A model generated the notes under the pieces. That model was not told the DNA's origin. It was given only the letters and a program-made list of their open reading frames with translations, and did no database searches. A DNA stretch of 64,000 bases, taken from positions 1 through 64,000 of the forward strand of contig JBHLQH010000011.1 of assembly GCA_048884965.1 (NCBI GenBank). Direction: 5' to 3'. The position numbers were made by a program, and so were the translations under genes. This document shows, piece after piece, positions 57,667 through 64,000 of the stretch. This stretch comes from Candidatus Thorarchaeota archaeon (GTDB lineage: Archaea; Asgardarchaeota; Thorarchaeia; Thorarchaeales; Thorarchaeaceae). Every line of letters starts with the position of its first letter. The first letter of the stretch is position 1.

Positions 57667-57737
57667 ATGGTTTTCCTCCTTTTAGGAAATCGTTACTATG
57701 ATTCTATGCTTATTGGTGTTGTTAAACCGCATAATTC

Positions 57738-58898
57738 CTATGCGAGCGTCGTTCGCTTGGCAAATATACCCCAAGCAATCAGCATGAATGCCAATGATAC
57801 AATCAGAATGAGAATGATTTCATTCACGAACTCAAAGATCGATATTCCTTTGAATGCAGTATCAATGATCATGACTCTACCAAGATTCAGTGGAAACACC
57901 TCATCTATGATTCCAACATCCATGAAACCTGTTCCTACTATTAAGGAACCAAACAACAGGAATAGGAACGATTGGTTTGCTTGTAGCCGTGTTGTGACCA
58001 CCGTTGAAATAAGAACTCCTAAGGCTGATCCCGCAATTGACATTAGCCATAGGATAAAATTCAATGTGAGGACATCTGTGTTGGGCTCTATCTGGAAGAG
58101 TGAAAGCCACAGAAATATTAGAATTGCACCTTGTATGACACCAATCGCAAAATATGCCAATGTCTTCGCTATTATGGCTTCCATCTTTGTTGCAGGAGTT
58201 AGTAGCATTCTATTCAAGGGTACGTCGCCTACTATTGCCTGAGCGGCAGTTGCAGAAACAGCTATGAACACTGCAAATACAAGAAGAAAAACTCCAAATG
58301 TTGCTGCTGTGTTGTTTCCCACAGGCGCAAACTCCCTGACTCTCTGCAGAGCGATCTCACCTTTTACCCATCCATGGTCAGATCTGAATTCATTGACCAC
58401 AGTAGTGAAGGTGCCAAAAATAGTAGCTTGAATCTCAAACTCTGTACTACTCATATGGATATCAACAAATGCAGGAATGTCTCCAGTTATATTCCCTTCA
58501 AATCCATAGGGAATGATACAATACGCCTTTACTAGATCTTGGTAAAGCGCATTCAGGGCATCATCTTCCGTTTCATAGATTAAGACAATAAAATCGGGGC
58601 TTTGTGAGAGGTACCAAGTGAAGTTGGCAGACAGATCTTGATTTGGGTACGTGTTAGTAGGGTCAACGTCAACGACTCCTAATACAAGCGCTCCCTCATT
58701 CTTGCCGGAGGAGTCAACTGCGGACCCGATAGACCCCTCATTTATTGTCGCATACATGGTTCCCATGATCATCAGTGGCAATGCAAATACAAGAAGCATG
58801 GCAAATTTGTCTTTTTGAATCAGTCGTACCTCCTTCATGAACATCGACCTGATTCTCCAAATCTTCGTATTTTTTGTCTTGATTGCTTCCTTCGACAA
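57738..58898 (-). CDS. ABC-2 family permease
   Basis: KEVRLI.KDK..MLLVF.LP, extracellular domain, RMLLTP.TK...I.AK. Confidence 0.82.
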   Translation of the reverse strand: MSKEAIKTKNTKIWRIRSMFMKEVRLIQKDKFAMLLVFALPLMIMGTMYATINEGSIGSAVDSSGKNEGALVLGVVDVDPTNTYPNQDLSANFTWYLSQSPDFIVLIYETEDDALNALYQDLVKAYCIIPYGFEGNITGDIPAFVDIHMSSTEFEIQATIFGTFTTVVNEFRSDHGWVKGEIALQRVREFAPVGNNTAATFGVFLLVFAVFIAVSATAAQAIVGDVPLNRMLLTPATKMEAIIAKTLAYFAIGVIQGAILIFLWLSLFQIEPNTDVLTLNFILWLMSIAGSALGVLISTVVTTRLQANQSFLFLLFGSLIVGTGFMDVGIIDEVFPLNLGRVMIIDTAFKGISIFEFVNEIILILIVSLAFMLIAWGIFAKRTTLA

Positions 58899-58942
58899 AT
58901 CAGCTCACCATGTAGACATAGCAGACAAACAAATCACGCCTT

Positions 58943-59872
58943 TTATGGCTTTCCAGAACGACCATGTTCTTCCATATATCCTAGAACGTCAGAGCACATC
59001 AATAAATAGAGAACGAGTGGTCCTTCAGGTCCCCATGAGTCTGAGTAGTCCTTCACCTCGCTTGCTCTAAGTCGACGCCCGTGAGCGAACATTTTTCCAA
59101 GTAAATTCTGAATTCCCAAATCTCCGAAGGGATAAATCGAGTAATCTCCGATTCCTGCAATCGCTACAACATCAGCTGTCCACTGTCCAATTCCTCTTAC
59201 TGATGTGAGAATCTTACTCCATTCTACATATTCCATGTCATTCAATGCATCCAATTGCAGATTATCGTTCACAACCATCCTACAAATACTATCCACATAC
59301 TCAGTTTTGTATCCAAATCCTATCGCTCTCAAGCCATCTACTCCTAGAGTAAGAATTTCCTCGGGGGATGGAAATCCAAAAACATGCTCTTTACTATTGA
59401 TTAGATTGGAGGTTTCCAGTATCAATCTCTGCGTTATTACATTCGCAGCTCGGTACGATATCTGCTGTTGAATTACAGTCTTAGTCAATGCTTCAAATAG
59501 TGTATCTGCAAGATACGGCCTAAGACCTTTGATCTTGTTGAACAGGAAAGGAAATGACTCTAGCTTTTTGATCTTTGATAATGCGGGATTCATATTCATA
59601 TCTAGATTGAGAATTCTTTCTAGCTTCGAATGCACTTCATTATCGCTTATTGAGCTATCATCCCACTCAACTCTCAAATCTTCACCAGGTTGGTTTTGTG
59701 AGATTCTTAGTGGTATCGATTTGTCTTCGAATGAGAACATTCTCCATAGTGATGTGTGAGAGGTCTGTTCTGGGACAGGCTGGATATCTGGGAATATCCA
59801 TGCGTGTACAGACGAAAGTAAGTCGTAGTTTTTTGGACTTTTGATACTCATTACTTCTCTATATTGGAGCAT
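58943..59872 (-). CDS. alkA: DNA-3-methyladenine glycosylase II (AlkA family)
   Basis: GLRP, FEAL...IQQQIS, FPSPE, HhH LTSVRGIGQWTA, P.GDLG. Confidence 0.87.
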   Translation of the reverse strand: MLQYREVMSIKSPKNYDLLSSVHAWIFPDIQPVPEQTSHTSLWRMFSFEDKSIPLRISQNQPGEDLRVEWDDSSISDNEVHSKLERILNLDMNMNPALSKIKKLESFPFLFNKIKGLRPYLADTLFEALTKTVIQQQISYRAANVITQRLILETSNLINSKEHVFGFPSPEEILTLGVDGLRAIGFGYKTEYVDSICRMVVNDNLQLDALNDMEYVEWSKILTSVRGIGQWTADVVAIAGIGDYSIYPFGDLGIQNLLGKMFAHGRRLRASEVKDYSDSWGPEGPLVLYLLMCSDVLGYMEEHGRSGKP

Positions 59873-59901
59873 GGCATCCTATTGGAACGGCATTGTTAAA
59901 A

Positions 59902-59925
59902 CTGTAACAGTCTTGTCTGTAACAG
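59902..59925. promoter_or_regulatory. Tandem palindromic 9-mers CTGTAACAG in the alkA divergent promoter
   Basis: Two copies, at 59902-59910 and 59917-59925. Confidence 0.35.
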
Positions 59926-59934
59926 GTTCTCAAG

Positions 59935-60306
59935 ATGACTGAAACCCCTTCTCTACGGCTGAATATCCCTGTTTTCAGATTAATAGCAATTGTAACCGCA
60001 GGTGCGTTATTGAATATTGGATTCTATTTTATCCTCTTTATCGCTACACCAGTTCTCTCAGGAATAGTTGTGGGTTTTCTACTAAGCCGGACAAGGGAAG
60101 GCGCAATCGCGGGCTTTACTTCATCTCTGATATCTTTCTTACCTTTGCTTCTTTTTATAGCACCTCTATTGCTTTCATTAAACCCGGTTTCTGACCTGGG
60201 TTCCTTTTATCTAGCCTTGCTACTTTACAGTTTAATTCTCAGTTTCATTGGTTTGGTAGCAGGTGTAATTGGATCTCTCATTGGTGCGAGAACACATCGC
60301 AATTAG
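59935..60306 (+). CDS. Small Gly-rich membrane protein (DUF5518-like)
   Basis: P.LSG.VVG.L.....GAIAG...GLVAG.IG. Confidence 0.7.
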   Translation: MTETPSLRLNIPVFRLIAIVTAGALLNIGFYFILFIATPVLSGIVVGFLLSRTREGAIAGFTSSLISFLPLLLFIAPLLLSLNPVSDLGSFYLALLLYSLILSFIGLVAGVIGSLIGARTHRN

Positions 60307-61460
60307 GTGTCAACAATCAGACGTCCTGGACTATAATCCGCATTTGGTCCCACTGTAGTTCTTCTTAATGGATTTCCAAAGAAAACCCATTCCAATGTTG
60401 ATAATGCTTGATCCGACTGCATGACGGAGCTTTCGCCAGTTCTAATATTCTCAATTTCCTTCATGACCTCTTCAGGCAAGTTCTCTGTAATGCCTCTATC
60501 AACAGCAAGTTTCACTTGACCGATCTGCGAGTAACTATCAAGTAGGTCCATGAATCCAAACTTGAATCCGTCTGCATAAGCGCACTGCTTCCAATCCTCA
60601 AATGGTTCGATATTATTTAACGTATCAAGGGTAGACCCGATATATGCTGCACCTTGACGTAGAAATGCATTGAGCAACGGTCCTTCCTGGGCTGTGCTGC
60701 AGGCTTCGGAGAAGATTACCGGATATCCTTTGAACATAATCTCCGATGCTTGAGAGCTTGAGAGAATTACAGCATTGTGTGAAGCCCATTGTTCTGGAGT
60801 GCCATGGATTCTTGAGCTAAATACACCATCTGAGAATTGAAGTATGAACTCACAAGATCCCAAAAGTTCCTTATCCTCTGTTCTATATCTCTCCAGCACC
60901 TCGACCTCAAAACCCAATTGAACTAAAGCTTCAACGTGTCTATTTGACCTCCCTGGTTGACTATCGAAAATTACTGCCAGATCGCTGTCAATAACATTGG
61001 GATCCATATGATACAAGACAGTTTCTGGTGCACCATATATCCTACCAATTGGTACATCAGGGATTCCATCGCCGTCCACATCTTGCATGAACCAATCAGT
61101 GTATGCATAGCTTCCCTGATAGCTAATCTGTGTTCCAGGTAGCTCCTTGTTGGTACCTATGAGGAGAATGCCCTTGTGAAAGCTTGGGTCATAATGCTTC
61201 TGAATAGATTGAAGGGTGAATACCCATGAGTTTCTATCCTCTGTAATGAAATCAGCATTTATTCCCTTTGCTTTCGTTTCGTAAATCTTCCTGTGTTCTG
61301 GACCCACTCGGCCACAGACAACTAGTAGTTTATCTAGAACATCTCTTCGAGTTCTTCCGATATTGAAGTCCTTCTCCCATTTCTTTCTAAAGGTAGGCTT
61401 TCCACTAGTATCTCTTTCCGCTCCAATTTTCACATTTGAAAACTTATTCAATGGGATCAC
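60303..61460 (-). CDS. Peptidase C25 (gingipain-like, clan CD) protein
   Basis: LLIG....P, YTD....DVDGDGIPDVPIGRI, IHG, FSEACST, YIGS, FFGNP. Confidence 0.72.
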   Translation of the reverse strand: MIPLNKFSNVKIGAERDTSGKPTFRKKWEKDFNIGRTRRDVLDKLLVVCGRVGPEHRKIYETKAKGINADFITEDRNSWVFTLQSIQKHYDPSFHKGILLIGTNKELPGTQISYQGSYAYTDWFMQDVDGDGIPDVPIGRIYGAPETVLYHMDPNVIDSDLAVIFDSQPGRSNRHVEALVQLGFEVEVLERYRTEDKELLGSCEFILQFSDGVFSSRIHGTPEQWASHNAVILSSSQASEIMFKGYPVIFSEACSTAQEGPLLNAFLRQGAAYIGSTLDTLNNIEPFEDWKQCAYADGFKFGFMDLLDSYSQIGQVKLAVDRGITENLPEEVMKEIENIRTGESSVMQSDQALSTLEWVFFGNPLRRTTVGPNADYSPGRLIVDT

Positions 61461-61592
61461 CCTATCACTTTAAGGAGCCTGCACAAGCACATTTCCTCTG
61501 ATAAGCTTCTTGCTTATGTATTCGTCCTATTTGAAAAAACTTGAATAGGGCAATTCATTCACATTTACAATGTTCTCCTCTGAGGCAAAGCT

Positions 61593-62246
61593 ATGAATCT
61601 CGACATTAAGGTCATATCATTCGATTTGGATGGCGTTCTTTTTGATGGTAGGAGTGCTACCTACCCTGTTGCTAAGGCACTGGGCTTGGAGGAGCAATTC
61701 CTTTCTGTTTTGAGGCTGAATGCTGAGAAGCAGTTATCGCTAAAGGAATCAATTCGTGAAGGGTGTAAAATATGGGCTGGAGTACCTGTCGATGGTACTC
61801 TGGATCATATCATTGAAACTATGCCCTTAATGAATGGAGTCGAAGAGACACTTGCTCTCTTGAAAGAATGGGACTATAAGATTGGCTGCATCTCTAGTGG
61901 TGTGAGTCAATTCTTTCTTAAGCCCCTAACGAAACGTCTCGATTTGGATTTCGCATTCTCCAACCAACTTGGTGAAACAAATGGGACGCATGATGGTACG
62001 GTCCATTACATCATGGGAGCTGCTCAGAAAGCTGAAACCGCTCTCAAGTACCTTGAGAGCATCGGTCTTACATCACAGAATCTTGCAAGTATTGGTGATG
62101 GAGAGAATGACATTCCAATCTTCACGGTCTCTCAATTCAGTATAGCTTTCAATCCTGAATCAGAACGTGTAAGTATGGCTGCGTCACTCACGATAAACTC
62201 CAAGGACCTACGATCGATTCTGCCACACTTCATACCTGTCGACTAG
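61593..62246 (+). CDS. HAD family IB phosphatase (phosphoserine phosphatase-like)
   Basis: FDLDGVL, ISSG, FSNQL, K, IGDGEND, IAFNP. Confidence 0.85.
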   Translation: MNLDIKVISFDLDGVLFDGRSATYPVAKALGLEEQFLSVLRLNAEKQLSLKESIREGCKIWAGVPVDGTLDHIIETMPLMNGVEETLALLKEWDYKIGCISSGVSQFFLKPLTKRLDLDFAFSNQLGETNGTHDGTVHYIMGAAQKAETALKYLESIGLTSQNLASIGDGENDIPIFTVSQFSIAFNPESERVSMAASLTINSKDLRSILPHFIPVD

Positions 62247-63379
62247 GACAAGATATCTCCAATTGCCTTCTCAATTGTGCGCATGTCATCATCAGTCAGA
62301 CTTGGATGAACCGGGATATCAAAGTGAGTAGCACCGATATCTTCTGAATTTGGCAAGCTTACCTTTGAATAATCTGGATAGGAAACATATTTTGCCCATC
62401 TCCATTTCTGAATGTTAAGATATGTGTCCTGTTTGTGACATGGTAAGGCATAGACAGTTCTTGCTCCAACATTGTGCTCTCTTAATCTTGTAATCATCTC
62501 ATCTCGAGTGAGTCTGTCTGATTTGATCTTTGGTGCATATACATGATACGAAGATTTCAAACCCTCCATTTCCACTTGGGGGATTATCTCACTATATTCC
62601 GAGAAGATGGTTTGATAGCGATCCGCATTTTTTCTTCTGATTCTTGTTGCCTCAGGAAGTCGTTTAAGCTGTACTCTTCCTATTGCTGAAACCAAATCCA
62701 TCATCCTGTTGTTGTACCCAATCCGGAAGTGGCTGTATCCTCCGCCTTTGCCTCTGCCATGATTCTTAATCATCAGTGCTCGTTCGTATATATCCTCGTC
62801 ATCTGTGGTGATCATGCCTCCTTCTCCACTCATCATATTCTTTGTGGCATAGAAAGAGAAAGCACCCACATGACCTATTGTACCTACCATTTTCCCATTG
62901 ACTGTAGCTCCATGTGCTTGACATGCATCTTCGATGACCATCAAATCATGCGCTTCTGCAATCTCCATGATTTGCTTCATGTCACATGGCATTCCGAAGA
63001 TGTGCACAGGCATAATCGCCTTTGTCCTTTCTGTTATTGCATCCTTGATTCTATCAGGATCTATGTTGTATGTGTTTGGGTCGATGTCCACAAAGATAGG
63101 AATCGCTCCAATCATGGAAATAGTATTGGCCGATGCAATGAAGGTGAAAGGCGAAGTGATTACTTCATCCCCGGGATTAATCTCCATGGCTTCTAAAGCA
63201 GTACTAAGAGCAGTTGTTCCATTGGATGTCACAGTCGCAAGTTTTGCACCTACATATGATGCGAACTCCTTTTCGAGCTCTCGCGACTCACCACCTTCAG
63301 CGAGCATACCTGACTCTAGAACTCTCTCAACAGCTTCATGTTCTTCTTTGTCTATTACTGGCTTTGCAAATGGGATCAT
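62243..63379 (-). CDS. DegT/DnrJ/EryC1/StrS PLP-dependent aminotransferase
   Basis: SNGTTAL, FTFIASAN, PVHIFG, IEDACQAHG, FSFYATKN...GEGG, GYN. Confidence 0.93.
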   Translation of the reverse strand: MIPFAKPVIDKEEHEAVERVLESGMLAEGGESRELEKEFASYVGAKLATVTSNGTTALSTALEAMEINPGDEVITSPFTFIASANTISMIGAIPIFVDIDPNTYNIDPDRIKDAITERTKAIMPVHIFGMPCDMKQIMEIAEAHDLMVIEDACQAHGATVNGKMVGTIGHVGAFSFYATKNMMSGEGGMITTDDEDIYERALMIKNHGRGKGGGYSHFRIGYNNRMMDLVSAIGRVQLKRLPEATRIRRKNADRYQTIFSEYSEIIPQVEMEGLKSSYHVYAPKIKSDRLTRDEMITRLREHNVGARTVYALPCHKQDTYLNIQKWRWAKYVSYPDYSKVSLPNSEDIGATHFDIPVHPSLTDDDMRTIEKAIGDILS

Positions 63380-63449
63380 GGGGTTTCACGGAGAAGTGAC
63401 AGTCTCAATAGGTTAAAACTATTTGTTTTGAGAAATCATCGTACCATCA

Positions 63450-63998
63450 TCAGGCTTCATCAATCTCTTCAAATTCCTCAGGAGTTACTGTATCAAAACT
63501 AGCTGCCTTTATCCTATTCTCCAAAAGACCAACCAATCCAACAGAGGCAACCATTACTCCAAGTGTTAGTAACATATATAGTAAATCCGCAAGAAGAAAG
63601 ACAATCGCCAAACCCACGCCAGAAAGGAATCCAGTAAATGTTCGTACCAGATTCCTTGTCTTTCTAGGGGATAATCGCTGCGTCATCCAATCTGATACGG
63701 TTGCAAAGCCAAGAGCTAGAGCGATCATGAACCATAGCCATCCTGGCTCTAATTGTATGCCTAGTATGAGAATTGCTATGATGCCGATGCCAAGTCCACC
63801 GTATATTCCACTGCATCTACTGCAAAAATACAAAGAGCGTCCGAAGAATGAAACTCGAAGACAGTGAGAGTACATCGAAGGAGGATGATGTGATATCATC
63901 GTATGAAGTACTTCTTTCATTTCGTCTGTCTTGCTCCAAGAGTATGGTTCCATCTCTAACATGTCGTCTTTGTTCATAGGTTCGGAGTCTGCTGCCAT
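63450..63998 (-). CDS. DUF2085-like membrane protein
   Basis: SHH....C......CSRCSGIY.G, D..TQ.......N..R..TG.L.G; the start may lie beyond the window edge. Confidence 0.78.
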   Translation of the reverse strand: MAADSEPMNKDDMLEMEPYSWSKTDEMKEVLHTMISHHPPSMYSHCLRVSFFGRSLYFCSRCSGIYGGLGIGIIAILILGIQLEPGWLWFMIALALGFATVSDWMTQRLSPRKTRNLVRTFTGFLSGVGLAIVFLLADLLYMLLTLGVMVASVGLVGLLENRIKAASFDTVTPEEFEEIDEA

Positions 63999-64000
63999 TA

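Overview
Gene-dense archaeal chromosomal segment, almost certainly from an Asgard archaeon. Support: archaeal RadA, TopoVI A/B, aRF1, geranylgeranyl reductase, CofE and PheST, plus two Rab-like GTPases and three Roadblock/LC7 proteins; a Thorarchaeota-like origin is an inference. I found no rRNA, tRNA, CRISPR array or transposase. About 60 CDS are mostly housekeeping, metabolic or transport genes. The most notable observations are: (1) a locus where two paralogous Rab-like GTPases flank a coiled-coil protein ending in a Vps28 (ESCRT-I)-like C-terminal domain; (2) an unannotated chain of four translationally coupled 26-40 aa ORFs, two of them paralogous, leading into an MFS transporter; (3) a Cas4-like Fe-S nuclease split into two genes, each half with a membrane anchor; (4) two candidate structured non-coding RNAs (27829-28051 and 33093-33186) with long terminal stems and similar ends; (5) a prodomain-less Site-1-protease-like subtilase facing a CAAX/Abi protease; (6) TopoVI-A with a histone-H1-like Lys-rich repeat and two HhH domains; (7) a hook-less mini-Rad50/Mre11 pair. 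All homology calls were made by eye from motifs; no searches were run.
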